NCBI RefSeq assembly: GCF_018977255.1
Contig: NW_024704746.1
Span: 32,860,001 to 32,924,000, forward strand
DNA length: 64,000 nucleotides
DNA from: Callorhinchus milii
Taxonomy: Eukaryota
Direction of reading: 5' to 3'
The translations under genes and the position numbers were made by a program. Below the pieces are notes generated by a model, which was given only the letters and a program-made list of their open reading frames with translations, was not told where the DNA came from and made no database searches. Positions 12,748 through 27,851 of the stretch are shown here, one piece after another. How positions within the stretch are numbered: the stretch's first letter is position 1; each line of letters starts with the position of its first letter.

Positions 12748-15021
12748 AGAAAAGGAAATGTCCCATTATTCCTTCAGATTTATCACAGTTTGCACCCTTC
12801 CTGCTATGCAGGATGCTTTGTTTTATGGGAATAATTAAACAAATGTATGGCAGAAGTAATACAGGGCAATCCCATATAAGGCAGTCACCTGGTCCAGTTT
12901 CTCATGACCCATGTTAAAGCAAGGATGAAAATTGTCCGACTTCTGGGTTATCATGCTGCTGCTAATGTGGCTTCCTGTGCAATGTGCATGAGTGCTGCTG
13001 ACGTCATTTTCTTTGTGAAGGAATGTTAGTGATGCTTCTGAAATGTGCACACACTGCCAAGAAGCGACTTCAACGGTGACCTGATGACCCAGTTGTTGAC
13101 AATTTACCAGGGCAGCAAGTTGGCTGGTCAGCACCAGAAGTTTAGTATACAGTACATAGAGACAGGCACTCAACTGGAGGGGAAATATCGCAGGGTTGCC
13201 TTGTACCAGCAAATGTAGTGTTTTTCTTTCCCAATGCTGATTGTGAAAGCAAAATTACTGAAACCTAAAGGTTTCTACCTCCAGTCACTTTCTATAGAGT
13301 TACTTTACTTAGAAGCAATAGCATTAATACAGAAACTGGCAATGTAAATCGCCTTGAAAAGTCGACTTGTGATAGTCATAAAATGACGGCAATTGTGTTT
13401 CAAGGCTGCTATACAATCCAATGGTTTTGCCCATTTTGTGTAAACCAGAGAGAAGAGCTAACTGAAAAGCCACAAGGAAGCATTTGGGTGGTGAAGTCAG
13501 CATTCTCAATTTCTTGTTAGGTCAAATGTTGTTTGATGCAGAGTTTAGCTGTACAGACCTGGAAAATATTAGGTCTGCGCAGATTTATATTGAATAGCTT
13601 TTCAGTTATGGCAGTGGTTGGGTCCCAAAAAAGGGCAAAAATCCATGTTGGGTTCCTGCTTCTGATTTCTCATTGACCATTGCTGAAAAGTGCATGTCCA
13701 ACAAGGACAAAATCATTCAGCTCTGAAGGCCCACCATATCCTAAAGCTTGTCAATACTCTTTGTTCCTGTGAAAATGCCATGTCAGTCACTATTGTAAAG
13801 AGGGAAGAATTAACCTTTTAAGACTTAGGCTTGAATGTATTTTAGAAAGATGAGATTCAAGTTTCCTGTGGGATCCCTAAATAAAGTGAGTTTCACGTGC
13901 TTCCAATATCATCCTTCCATAAGTTTTTTTTAAAAAAAAACACTTCCTGGAATTTGGAACTAATATCTCAGAAGCAAGTCTTGGTGTGATGAATCGAAAT
14001 GGTACACTTGGTACAGTAGGAAATGTCCTCTTGTTGCTAGGGTTAAAAGTGTATTGTACTGTCCGAAGAGCGAATTTTACCCCAACTCTAATTTGTCCTG
14101 TACGTTAATCTGGGAATTCTTGGTGCTAATAGATGTCCTTGAACTGGGATCCCTTACCGTGAGCAGTAACCCCCCCCCCCCTTCCTCTCCCCTGAAAAAA
14201 AAGTATTTAGAATTGGAAAAGATCGTATTGCAGTCTGTAGCACACTTGCACAGTTTCTTATTTATATAAATATATATTTGAATAATTCTTTCACATTAAA
14301 GTTTGAAATGTCTGACAGCAGTGCAGTCTGTTGAAGCTGCTATTTAAAAAAAACATCTCCATTGGTGTCCTATGTAACAGGAAGAGGAAGTTTGCAACAG
14401 TTATTATACAAAACCACTCGTGATAGGTTTGTGGTAAGGCAGCAAATTTAGACTACTGAAATATGCAGTGTGTTTTAACTGACTTTCTACATTATGTATG
14501 TGAAGATTTAATTTTCTATATCATGATACAAAGCAAAGAAAAAATTAGTCATACTATCGTCAAAGATATTAATTTTTTTCACTGTCTCAAACTTTTTTCT
14601 CATTTTTCATGTTTGTGTTGTAACCAGATTAGAGTAATTTTCAGTATATTAAATTGTCTTGTGGCACACACCTGTTCACAGTTGTGGCCTGCTGTTCCCT
14701 TCCTACCTATGTTGAACACTATTGTCACAACGTGCAAATGACTTTATATAATTGGATTGAATACAAACATTTTGCTTATTCTACAGTATATCCAAATTTA
14801 TTTTTTTAGGATAATCTGATGCTTTATTCCCAATGTTACTATTATAGACCATAGGGAATTGAGATTAACCTGTCTACCAAATATGACATGGCGTGATTAA
14901 CATGATGCCTTTTTTATTGTCTAGTTACTGCAGACTACTATAATGTCTTTGTTTGGTTGAGATTGATGAATGGATCAATAGCCTGTCCAAATTGGAATTT
15001 GATTGTTTTTGTTTGAATGCA

Positions 15022-15027
15022 AATAAA
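15022..15027 (+). promoter_or_regulatory. Candidate TMTC3 polyadenylation signal (3'UTR about 2.3 kb)
   Basis: AATAAA after a U-rich tract, with a T/G-rich sequence downstream; an alternative AATAAA lies at 13880-13885. No transcript evidence is available. Confidence 0.45.
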
Positions 15028-16935
15028 CATTGATTTTGGAAACCGTGGGTATTACAGGATAACATTGTTTAAGAGAAAGACTTGTATATCCAGAATATTC
15101 AAACCTCTAATTTTTGCCAGTCAACTTTGATAAAGGCCTCCAGCAGGAAATATTTTTTAAAATGGGAAATTGTAAATTGGCTGGGGCGAGAACAGAAGGG
15201 AGACGAGCTTCAAGGGCACCGGACAATGAATCTTAATAGGATTAATAGTAATAATATTATTATTAATGCCTTGCTGCAATATTTTGAAAACCACTATGGA
15301 AGATGGAGGATTTGCAAACCACAACTTTAAATAGCATCCTACTTGCAGGTAGCATCTCGGATTGCTTAACCGCATTGTGTCTTGAAGCCAAACTCGAAAG
15401 GGAGGGGAGGTGACGTCACTGAAGGCACGGTTGAAGAGGAAAGTGTGATTTGAAAATGGGCAAGGAGGAGGTAAAATGGATTGATTGAATCTAGGAGTTT
15501 CAGAGATTTGGAATAAAGTAGCCGAAAGATTGGGGCCACCAATTGTGGAGGGGATGCCTGACTGTATTTACTGTAGCGAGTAGTGAATGTGGTAGCTAAT
15601 TTTTGCACAGCAATGTCTCACAAACAACCATGGAGTGGAATGACATTTTATCTGGGGGGATTGTTAGCGAAGACACTGGGAGAAACACCCTTTCAAATAA
15701 TTCCATGGGATCTTTTATGTCAATCGGACAGATGGGGTCTCGGTTTAACATTTCATCCAAAATTCAGCATCTCTGGGAATACAGTCCTCTCCCAGAATTC
15801 TACTGGAATGTTAGTTTCTACTGTGAGCGCAGACTCTTGATGTTGGGCATGAACTTAGAAGCCGAGAGCCACCGACTGAGCCGGAGTGGATGTGTGTATT
15901 TATTTTGAAGCAGGGATACTTCATTTAAAATCGATCTGCCTCCATTCTTGGGAAGCCTATTCCGCATGGGCTTTCTGACCCAACTGCCTGCACTTTGTTT
16001 CCCTTCTGCTGCAGTTTTTGTTTTTTTTTAACACAAAATGTTAGATTGTGACCAGATTGCAAATGTTCTGTTAAATTATTTCCTCCAATTGTGTTTTGGG
16101 TTAACTACGAAAATAACCCATCATTTTGGACTCAAATGCAATGGAAAAGATTCTAAACAGGAAGGGACTCTTATTGATGGGGGCTATTTGGGTTGTTACT
16201 CAGCAGTATCTTTACCATCTATGAAATCTTTATTTTGTTAAGGTCCCATGATTATGGTCTGCATCATTCCAGACTTCAGTAAACAAAGTTTGTTTTAAAC
16301 AAACAGCTGGATAATCGTGATTTAATCATGTCTTTGAGATTGGGTTAGAACTCGACCATTATTATTTTTCATTCCTATAGCTATAGACAAAAACAATTAA
16401 ATGAAAGCTCATTCATTCCTGATCCATCTCTTCTTTGAAATAAATTGCGTTTTACATGTTTCTACCATAGTTTATTCTTGGAAATCAACATTTCTGAAGT
16501 TTTGAGAAATTAATTTTTACTGATGTAATATTTTCCTTTGTCACTTTACAAGTTGTTGATTTATTACTGTGATCCATTTTCTCCCCTTACAGAGAACTTA
16601 CCATCTCTGTAGAATCATGGAAGGGGGCCAATTTGGACCATTGTTTCTGCACTAGCTCTTTTCACTCTTATAAACAGCCTTTTCAACATACCCCTGCAAA
16701 TTACTCCGCTTTCGATACCTATGCCGCTCATGTGAATTCTGCCACAATCATCAAATTGAATGTATGCAGTTTGATGCATAAATTTCTAGTCTAAAACATA
16801 AGACATACTTGAAAACCCTTCAGAGGTATTCTTCTGCAAAAAAACTTTACATCCCCATATTTTTTAATAATAATCTTTGCATGTAATATAGCGCCTTATC
16901 ACCTTGTTGGGTGATAAGACGCTATATCACCTTTT

Positions 16936-17249
16936 CAGTAGTTAGAGCACTCGCTTTGCAAGCGAGAGACCTGAGTTCAATTCCAGGCAGAGGGCGAAAC
17001 CTTGGGCAAGTTTCCTTACTCCACACGCCTAATAATAATCCTTCCAAAACCAAAAACAATAATAAATTGGTCAATTTTCAATCTACGACTGTTTGTGGGA
17101 CATTGCTGTGCGCAATTGGCTTCTGCGTTCGCCCACAAATATACAGTCAATTCACTTTACAGTGTGTTCTGTGAAGCGCTTTGGGACGTCCTCCCGACGT
17201 GAAAAGCGCTATATCAAATGCAAGGATTATTATTATATTATTATTATTA
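16936..17249 (+). mobile_element. Young tRNA-Ala SINE, slightly 5'-truncated
   Basis: Near-identical to the copies at 22555, 27528 and 32781; anticodon arm ctcgc-tttgcaa-gcgag. Confidence 0.92.
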
Positions 17250-20059
17250 GCTGAAAAGGTGAGCTTGTGAGCAAAAGAAACTTAAACATTCCCGTGATAC
17301 TATTATTGCATTGAAATTATTCTGATGTGTAACTATCTGACAATGAATGAATCATAGATTTTTAGGTTAACCTTTTAGAATAATGTTTTATAAATTTCAG
17401 TCCACTCTTAACAAAACTGGTTCAAATAGCAAACTATGGGCAAAAGTGGATGAGACATCATGATTGTTCCAGAACTAGACTGTATATTATTGCTCACCAA
17501 CCACAAATTATACCCCTAGTTTCAATTCTTAGCTTAGTGTGTGATTTGGCAAATGTGTTTTGAGGACCAACACTGAAATTAAACCTTGCTTTAATGTCTT
17601 GCCCACAAAATATACAGTCAATTCACTTCAGTATATTCTGTGAAGTGCTTTGAGACATCTAGACGTGAAAAATGCTATATCGAATGCAAGGATTATTATT
17701 TGAAAATTGAAAGCGCCTTTTCATGATTGAGGAATAAATATTTGTAACGTTTTGAATGAATAAAATTCTCATTATATGAGAGGTCTCTTGGACAATTGGA
17801 AGAGAGAAGTAGGGGGTGGATGGTGACATTTTGCTAAATATGCAATGATACAGTAATACTACACACACATTCACTTATTGATCCAAAATAGAGAACTAGT
17901 GCAAGAAAATATTTCTTCAGTTTTATTTCATCGCTACGCCAATAAATTTTAGCAGTAGTAGTGAAATATTCTTTTTAAAGTTTTGAATGAATACCACAGC
18001 TTTAAGTAATTCTGGATATCATCAACCCATGGAAGTGAGATGGCCAGCACTTTCTGACATCATTAAGGAGTCTTTGCCCGCTTGAGTCTACATATTACTA
18101 ATATTTCCTGTTATTGTAGGGAAAAGGACACAGCTGCTTCTCTTTTATTTCAATAGACAAGAGACAGTTTGGCCTGCAAAAGGGTTAACTAATTTTATAT
18201 TTACCTGTTGGTGCAGTGGATAAAAATCAAAGACAGCAAATGATATAGCGCTTTTCATGTTGGGAGGACCTCCCAAGGCCCCGGACAGTCAAAGGTTTAC
18301 ACCTGAACTGGGGGTTGGAATCAAGAGGGATGCAGAGCAAGGAGTGGGAGGATGAATGAAGGCATGATTAAAGACTGGCCTTGAAGGAGGTAAGGGTGGA
18401 GGTGAGGTTAAGGGATTCTAGTTTGGAGTTCCAGAGAATGGGGGCAGAAAGGCTGAAGGCTCAACCATCGATGGTGGGGAGGGCAGGGTGGGAGACAGTG
18501 GAGCAGGAGGGAGGGGAAAGTTGGGAATGTATTTGTAGGTTGCAGAGGTAGGGAGGTGAATTGATGGAGGTGATCAGCTCCTGGAATGTGGTGCAGGAGA
18601 ACTCTTAAGTAATCTGCAGTTTGTGGCGGGAAGAGTTGGGAGCAGGGAGTTAGCATAGTCAGACCTAGTCAATAAAATCAAGCATTTTGAATATTATCTA
18701 TAATCCATAAAAGTTCTCATGAATTAAAGTGACATGTATTAGTTTGGAACGTCACACACATCATCTGAAGTTCCAATCATTAGAACAATTCCTGTTGTGG
18801 GTAGATTATGACATTCAGGGTTTGAAAAAAAATCTATAATACATCTGGGAAAGAAACAATAGTAACCGCACTGTAGAATAATTCTCTAGGAAATCCTACC
18901 TTACGCATTGGGACTTTGGCCCTGCATACCAGTATGAGTACATGTCCACAAATGTATAATCCACTCTGAATCATTCTGATATTATCAATACAAACAGGAT
19001 TTCTATGAATTAAACTTTCACTTGCTGCATTGGAAAGTCCCTCTATTGGAAAGCTCACATTTTTTCAATCGAATTCTTAAAACATTAACAAGGAGCTTCT
19101 CATCAAACAGGCTCTTTAACTAACATTGAAAAAAAAATGATTTGAAAGTTACGCACCTATGGAAAGTATAATTCTGGCTTTTTGCTTTCACATCATAATG
19201 CTGTTTTGAGTGAAACTGCTACACTTCTGTATAAAAACAACACTAGAATCAACAAGCACCATATTCCAGGAACTAATCTAATATGTATTGTGTTTAATCA
19301 TGTAACTTGACTGGATCTTTGGCAGTGGCCTAGGTTAGACAGTTTACTCTGGCAAGGGATGTTGACTTTGCTCGGTGAAAAATAAAATGCCTTTGCTTAT
19401 TTAAGGTACGAGTATTTGTTCTAACGGAAACAGAACAGATAGAAAAAAGCTTTAACTTCTTGCAAGTATTTTATATAATTACTTAATTACGTGATAAGGA
19501 TTATTATTTCAATGACCCTAAATTTGCCTGCTTTTTTTAACTGAACCTTGTGGGCAAAGGCTAGATCCCACCCCCCCCATCCCCGCCCCACCTCACCACC
19601 TATTTTCTCTTCAGAAAGTGGTAATTTACGGTGGGCTGACTGCTCAGGCTCCAGTGTCCCTCAAGCCTTGATAGTATCTCTGCGCTACTTGTACCATAGC
19701 AACAAATCTGAACCTGATGCAACCCAAGTACAAGGAGTCCAGTTCTAAGTGAATTTAAGTGCACTTACAGGTAATGCATTACCAACTTCCGCGAGCCCGC
19801 ATGTAGACTCCTGCTAGATTCTTAGCTCCACGTGCTGTCCAGGGCTTCCCACCTCACTGGTGAGACAGTGTTGGTAAATGCCCTAGAAGTCAAGCGCAAT
19901 TCTTTTTTAAAGAAACTTTTGGGCCCAGTCAACAAACCAACAACCCTTACTCAGAGGCCACCCTTACATACAAGCTACTACATGGCCCTGTTTCCTGAGG
20001 GGTTGCTGGAAACACGTTTGATTTGATGCTGTGAACACACAGAAGGGACCTTGATTATG

Positions 20060-20374
20060 GTGTCCTGCAGCTCAGTGGTTAGAGCACTCGCCTCGCAAGT
20101 GAGAGACCTGGGTTTGATTCCCGGCAGGGCAAAACCTTGGACAAGTTTCCTTATTTCACACGCCTGATAATAATCTGTAGAAAAAAAATAATGATAAATT
20201 GGTCACTTCAATCCATGACTGTTTGTGGGACACTGCTGTGCGCAATTGGCTGCCGCGTTTCGCCCACAAAATATAGTCAATTCACTTTACAGTATATTCT
20301 GTGAGGCAATTTGAGACATCTAGAAGATGTGAAAATGCTACATCAACTGCAAGGATTATTATTATTAATATTAT
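20060..20374 (+). mobile_element. Full-length tRNA-derived SINE
   Basis: gtcctgcagctcagtggttagagcactcgcctcgcaagtgagag head, Deu-like core, L2 tail. Confidence 0.9.
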
Positions 20375-22554
20375 TGATTTAACATCCTATCCAAAGAGCA
20401 GCATCTTCACAACAATGCACAAGAGTATTAACCTAAACCGGAAACTCAAAGTCCCAGCATTGGGCTTTCCTTAGCTAATTAACACCAAAGGGAATTCTCC
20501 TGGTGTGCAAGTCAACAATCACCTAAATAAAACTTACGAGATAAATAAATGCAATGTCTAATAATAATATACAATTGTACAATGTCACTCACAGATACCT
20601 AATGGACAAGTGCCAGTCTTCAGAAACCTGTTCCGCACAGTGTGTCTATTGAGGTGAATAGGGAGCTTTTCCTTTGAAGCTGTGTCAAAATTACTTTTAT
20701 GATGTCAGTCCATTGTTCGACATTTCAATGAACTTGTTCCTCCATTACAATTTATTAACAAAGAGATAGGTTTTCCCACCATAATTTGGCGGAGTATGAA
20801 AATGGTAATCAGAGGTAAATACACTGATCCTTTAATAAACCCTCATAGAAACATAGAAAGGAAAGAACGTTCACTCCTGCGATACTTCTCCCAAACAGAA
20901 GTCGTCATTCTCATTCTCTCCTCTCCCATTACCCCCACTTTCCAGGTGGAAAAATCAGAGAATCCAAAAACTCTAAGGTCAATTTGGTGGAAAAAGGCAT
21001 TTTGGAAAATTCTTCACTAATCGATCAGTCGAGTGAACTCCAGAGAGTTCAAAGCCACACAAGGTCCTATCAAATCTATCTCAGCCCAATTACATACAAA
21101 AGTACAGTACGGATGTATTTATTTTATGAGCCATCAAGTTAAATAATCCCTCAAGAAAAAACAATAATAAGTTGAATAAGTTAAATTCACTACTGTTTGT
21201 GGGACACTGCTATGCACAATTTGGCTGCTGCATTTCGCCCACAAATATATAGTCAATTCACTTTACAGTATATTCTGTGAAGCGCTTTGAGACGTCTCGA
21301 AGACCTGAAAAGCGCTATATCAAATGTAAGGATTATTATTATTATTACTGGTTTTCTATGCTGCCGCGTTCGCCCACAAAATGTAGTCACTACAGTTTAC
21401 CATATATTCTGTACTTTGAGAAGATCTCCTGAAGTGAAAGGCATTCTGTCAAATATAGGAATTATTATTATTACTATTATAATCACAATTTTGAATGCAT
21501 TTGCAATTTATCCAATTTTGTTTGATAAAACTGCAGCTTTTTCACAATGTCACTATACGCCTCTTGCTTAAAATTGATTTCCATAAAAATGATAAATGTA
21601 TGAGCAGAAGCAGAAGACATCCTGGGGGGGAATTCTAAGATGAAGTGGAATCATCTCACAGATCCTTTATTGATATTCACTTTATGGTTAAAAATTGGAC
21701 GGCTCAAAGGGAAATTACTTCACTTCAAGTCTTCACACTGAGCTTCCTGAAATAAATGTTTTATTTTAATGGTGTCCTAATTGGACCTTTATGTTCATAT
21801 TTTAATGATTTTAAAACTTGTTCCTCTAAATTGTGTAGGTATATTTGGTGGCTTGAGATAATCTTCTACGTTCATATGACACTCATTTGTCCTATAGTGG
21901 AAATAATAATCTTTGAAATTTGATGTAGCATTTGAACATTGAAATGACTTTATAGTTATTATTGTTAACTGTGGTGACTGTGTATTTGTAGGTGAATAAG
22001 GTAGCCAATTTACAACAATAACAACAACAACTTGCAATTATATAGCACCTTCATGGGGTGGGGGTAGCATTCTGGATCACATTTACACACAGCAATGTCC
22101 CTCAAATTGAAATAGTGTCATGGATTTCTCTAACATCCAACCAAGGAGGCAGATGGGATCTTAGTTCCACCCCAAATCCCCACCCCCAACACTGCACCAG
22201 AATGTCAGCTTTAATTATGAAGGCTGGTGACTAAGTGAAGGAAGCTTGCACTGGATCTCAAGTAACTCAACAGAAGAACAGAAGAATTTACTATACAAAA
22301 GAAGACCAAGGTCCATCTTGTTTGCCTTCCACCATTCTGGCAGTCTCTTGACATGTCGTGTCCAAAACAATATACTGCATCCTGAGATATTATTTTCTAG
22401 CAGAAATCTATTTAATTTGTTTTTGACACAAATGACATTTTCTACTTCCACCGTCTTCCAAGGGAGCCTGTTCCATAAGTTTACTACTCAAGGTCAGGTT
22501 GCCAATAAAAACCAGGAATTGGGCTCAATACAATATTTCTCAGAATTTCAATGT

Positions 22555-22804
22555 TAATAATAATAATAATAATAATAATCCTTGCATTTGATATAGCGCT
22601 TTTCACGTCGGGAGGACGTCCCAAAGCGCTTCACAGAAGACACTGTAAAGTGAATTGACTGCATATTTGTGGGCGAACGCGGCAGCCAATTGCGCACAGC
22701 AATGTCCCACAAACAGTCGTAGATTGAAAATGACCAATTTATTATTGTTTTTGGTTTTGGAGGGATTATTATTAGGCGTGTGGAGTAAGGAAACTTGCCC
22801 AAGG
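22555..22804 (-). mobile_element. Young SINE lacking the tRNA head
   Basis: Reverse complement of the family body with a long (TAA)n tail; near-identical to 16998-17235. Confidence 0.92.
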
Positions 22805-23049
22805 TTAAAGGGAACTGAAGCTTCCTTCCTTTCCTCTCCTAAATCTTTCCTTGCTAAATCAGATGTTTCCACCTAATGGATCACAATCGCAAAATAAATG
22901 TTTACGTAAGAAAATTGTGGTGAAAGGAAAACAGATGCTATTCAGGTCAGCATATAATTATTCTATGGCCACCTACAAATATACAGACACTGCATTTAAC
23001 AGTCTGCGCTGAAGTCTTTGAGATGTTTTGATATGTTAAGGTATTACAT

Positions 23050-23640
23050 AAGGACATAAGAAATGCTTGACAAAAAAAACCAAGGTCCATCTAGTTCACC
23101 TTCCACCTTCCTGGCGGTCGTATGCACATATGTCTCAAACTACCAATGTACTGTATCCTATGATGTTATTAACTAAAAGAAAACTATGTAATCTGTGTTT
23201 GAAAGAATCAACATTTCCTGCTTAACCGTCTTCCTCGGGAGCCTGTTCCACAGGTTCACTATTTGCTCACTGAAATAGTGTTTGCTTTGATTCGTTCTGA
23301 ATACCCCCGTGGCCACTGAGTTCACTATTCTGGACAAGTTGAAACAGCATGTCATAATCTATATTGTTTTGTCCCTTTAGAATCTTAAAGACAGCAATCA
23401 TGTTGCCCCTCAATTTTCTCTTTTCCAGCGTGAACATGCCCAATTTACTTACTCGCTCTTCATAGTCCAGTCCTTCCATTCCCTCAATCATTTTGGTTCT
23501 CGCCCCCTCATCTTCTCGATTTCTCCCATATCCTTTTTGTACTGTGGCGACCAGAACTCTACACAGTACTCTAAGTATGGTCTCACCAATGATTTATACT
23601 GTGGCAGGATTACCCCACTACTTTGGCTTGCTATTCAGCA
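23050..23640 (-). mobile_element. CR1-clade LINE 3' fragment
   Basis: RPYLEYCVEFWSP and GLDYEERVSKLGMFTLEKRKLRGNMIAVFKILKG, typical of the CR1 ORF2 C-terminus. Confidence 0.9.
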
Positions 23641-26600
23641 TTTCAGTATTATATTAAATGTAAGGAATATTATTATGCTGAATATTGGTGTGACAATAAT
23701 AATAATCCTATTTACATTTGATATAGCGGGTTTCTTGCCCTGGAGGACGTCTCAAAACACTTTGCAGGATTTACTCCAAAGTGTAGTGACTGTGTATTTT
23801 GCAGGCGAATGCCTAGTTCAGATTTCTCTACTCTATTCCTATTCCAGATTTTTAATAACCGTTTTTATTGGAAATCTTTGTATTTTTTTAATTGTATATT
23901 TAATAACTAACATGTTGTTTCTATTAGCAAATATAATGGTAAAATAAGGAGAAAATTGTTATAATAATTTTATTAAGATTGGATCACATTGTAGTTTAGT
24001 TTGCTGAGGGGAGAGAAACCACATCATACCATCTTTTATTGATCATATTATTTTTAATGATCTCAAAACCAATTCATAAAAGATTAATTTCACTAACCCA
24101 TTTTCTTTTTCCTGCCAATGATCTGAAATATTCAGCAAAATTCTTCTCTTCCTCCCATACTCCAAAATATCTATGAAATCTTGCACTCTATATTATACCT
24201 TCTAACTCTCCTGCCTTAGTCCCAGTAATTCAGAAACTATCATAAGAACTTAAGGTAGAAAATCATTCAGCCATCAAGCTTTTCGTACACCCTGCAAAGT
24301 CCATTCAGTAATTGACTCTACTAAATCCATTTAAACTCCTGGGGGAAGGACCTGCTGTACAAATGTTTCCCAGCCTACAACGAAAGCAAGCAAAATTCCT
24401 GAATAGTTTTATCCCCACTCTCTTCAGCCAACAGTGTGAAGCACTTTGAGACATCCTTTCAATGTGAAAGGCTCTATGTAAATGAAACTTTTTCCAAGGC
24501 ATGTGGTGCCAGGAGTTCAGTAGTCATCATACTGAATGATTCCCATGATAGCTTCTCAGCCTATTGCTTAAGAATACATCTACTATCTGTTCTTATCTGT
24601 TACTTTGCAGCCTTATGGCTGGGATTGGTGGTTCTAATCAGAAAAGTGCGATCCAACCAGGATTTACTCATGAAGTTGAGGAGAAACTGACAGCAGGTCT
24701 TTCTCGATACTTGGCTTTCTGGCTCAGATTGAGTTCTCCAGATTGAAGAGGGTGATCCGGCCGAGTGATTTACTCATGAGGCTGTGAGGTGTGATTATCG
24801 GGTCTGCACTGTCCTTTGATAGTTTGAGGCCCAGATTTTGACTGACGTTCCTTGATAGTGAGATAAAATTGGGCTAATTTTGCATGGGGTGGGAGGGAGA
24901 GGTAGTTGCTCAGCAAAAAAAATCATATTCCATGCAGCATTATTATTTGATCATCCCTATCTGTACTGTAAAATGATGATAAAATGTGATACTGTACTGT
25001 ATCTGTGAAAAAAAATGTGGTCATTCAATCCTCTGTTTGTGGGACACTGCTGTGCACAATTGGCTGCTACGTTTTGCCCACAAAATACATAATGAATCCA
25101 CTTTACAGTCTTTTCTGTGAAGCACTTTGAGAAGTCTCAACGACTTGATAAGGCACTATATCAAATGCAAGGATTATTACTTACTAATCCAACTTTGAAT
25201 TCTACTCCTTTGCAGATTTTTATCCAGCCCTTTTTAAAATAAATATAGCATTATCTGGATGTCTATTCTACATATTTGTTGCTCTGTGGGGATGTTTTCT
25301 GAGACTTGTTTACTTTATACTTGTGCCCTCTTGTTACTTGATCAGTTCAAATTAAATAACCGGCTTACATTTACATTCTGTGGTTTTGTTTTAGATGTCA
25401 TCAAAGGCTGCAGATTTAACACACACAAAATGAAAGTGACCCGTTTCTAGGTAAAAGTATGTAAGTACTTCTATTACAAATTGTAAACAGCCTTTTCAAA
25501 TGCCATAGGTAAACAATCAGCAAAGTATTTGAACGAATACGATGGTTTGATATGTGCACTTAGATTTTATCTCAGTTCTTTGAAAGTTTCCAAAGAATTG
25601 AGGATTACAAAAGACATGTGAGTTTGACTCAGTTGGTAGCATTCGTGCCTTTGATTCAGACCGATAGAGGTTCAAGACAAATGTTGAGACTTTCAACTCA
25701 CATAGTTTGGGCTGACATGCCAATGCAGTGTTACGGGTGCACTAGATTGTTGGAGATGTCATCCACACCTCTCTGCCTGTTCAGGTGGATGTTGAAGATC
25801 CCATTGAAGAGAAAAGAGTTTCTCCCATGTCTTGGCCAACAATCTCCCAGATAGAATTAGTCACAGCTGTTTGCAGGACATTGCTGTGTACAAATTACCT
25901 GCTATGTTCGCCTGCAAAATAGACCAGCACCACATATGATAATAAATCAAATGCAAGGATCATTATTTTATCAGTCTGGTTGCTGTAATCTGTGCTGCCT
26001 GTAAAGCCAGTGCTCATACACTATTGTAATTTTTTTCATCTTTTGTATTGATTTGGAAGAGTTAAATCTTACATTCAGGTTTCAGTGGATCATTTCCACA
26101 TGTAAAGTAATCTTTACAGTTGTTTTGTATTTTAAGTCCAAACGTCAGCATTTCTCAGTCTGATAACTCAATAGCACTTTTGTTGCCAGTACTATGCCTG
26201 ACTGTGGTCAATTCAAATGACGACTGTACATATTTACAGAGCTTTGTATTAGCTATTGCAATTTAAGTACTTATGTTTTGAAGCCTTGCCCCTCTACTTA
26301 AATATAAATGGGAAAAGAAAAAACAACTTACATGTATACAGTTACAAGTCAGGAAATAGTGTTTGTGTTCAGATTAACTGAATGCAATCTTTATGCTTTT
26401 ACACACTTTGTGTAACTGTCATAGTATTTTGCTCAGAGTTATTTAAAACGTTTACTCCAGGGATTATTTCCTTCCTGTCGAAGAATGAGACACTCTCAAT
26501 GGAAACCATTAGAATTTGCAAACTATTTTCCAGAATAATGCACTTAGAAGGAAGTTAGTGATGGACAGTTGTTGGTTAGAATTGGCTTTGTGTAGTTTAG

Positions 26601-27527
26601 CATCTCTGAGGTTCATTTAAGTTAGTCCCAAAGCAAAATAAATATGGATCTCCACTTGGATGTATTCTTGAGAACCTTTTATAAACATAAATCTATATTT
26701 AGCATTTAATAGTATTCCAGCTGGGTTTCAATAGCTTGCATTTGAGGGAGCAATTTTATCTGACTGAATGGTCTCTGCACTGGTTAGCAGCAGTGCAGCA
26801 ATCTTTTTCAGATGAGAACAAAATGAATGAATAGATTGGCATTCTATCACGTTTATCATGTTGCAATGTATCATAGTGCTTCACAGTAATTATGGTCACA
26901 TGTGATAACTTTTGGAGGGAAACAAGGCAGCCAGTTTGCACACATTGAAGTCCACCAAACTCCCATCAACAACAACAAAATTATGTTTAGAAGTTGTCCC
27001 TCATCCAGGACTTGATGTCGGACAGACAAGTAATCCTCGAGTTGAGGGTGGAGGCAGAGAGATAGAGTTGGGTTTCATCCGCGTACATGTGGCCCATGAT
27101 GTGAATAACCAATTAATCTGGAGAATTGCTGGCCAAGACGCTGGCAGATTCACCCTTCTCTTTTCAAATAGTTTCATGGTATTTTAACATCCATTTGAGG
27201 ACTGATAGAGGGATCTCAATTGAACACTTCAACTGAAGGGCAGATGGTAGAGCGGTATTCTGGATGAGGTTAAATGAATCAAAGGACTTTCTGCTTCCGG
27301 CTCTTCTATGATCTTATGAAAAGATAATTAATTCATTAACAAGAAAACTGTTTAATCGTAGCATTTTCTGCAATAAAATTTCTGCTGTGATAGTTGGTCA
27401 TTTGTTTTAGGTAAGTCGGGTGTCTGACACACTTCGAAACTCATCGGTAAGTTTAAGAGTGTTCAAACCAGTTTGACAGTTCCACATATGTATGCCACCA
27501 ATGCATGGAGAACGCTTTGTAGTCCTG

Positions 27528-27851
27528 GAGTCCTGTAGCTCAGTGGTTAGAGCACTCACTTTGCAAGAGAGAGACCTGAGTTCAATTCCAGGCAGGGGGC
27601 GAAACCTTGGGCAAGTTTCCTTACTCCACACAGAGCCTAATAATAATCCCTCCCAAACCAAAAACAATAATAAGTTGGTCATTTTCAATCTACGAATGTT
27701 TGTGGGACATTGCTGTGCGCAATTGGCTGCCGCGTTCGCCCACAAATATACAGTCAAATTCACTTTACAGTGTGTTCTGTGAAGCGCTTTGGGACTTCTT
27801 CCCGACGTGAAAAGCGCTATATCAAATGCAAGGTTTATTATTATTATTATT
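27528..27851 (+). mobile_element. Young full-length tRNA-Ala SINE
   Basis: Complete head gagtcctgtagctcagtggttagagcac...gagttcaattccaggc, core and tail. Confidence 0.93.

Noticed and set aside
27528-27600. tRNA-Ala-like sequence (also at 1786, 9486, 20060 and 33035-33108)
   Set aside because: These are SINE heads: the acceptor and T stems are imperfect and each continues into the SINE body, so they are not tRNA genes.
27492-27810. Recurring ORFs such as VVRALTLQERDLSSIPGRGRNLGQVSLLH and GHCCAQLAAAFAHKY
   Set aside because: Translations of SINE copies, not a protein family.
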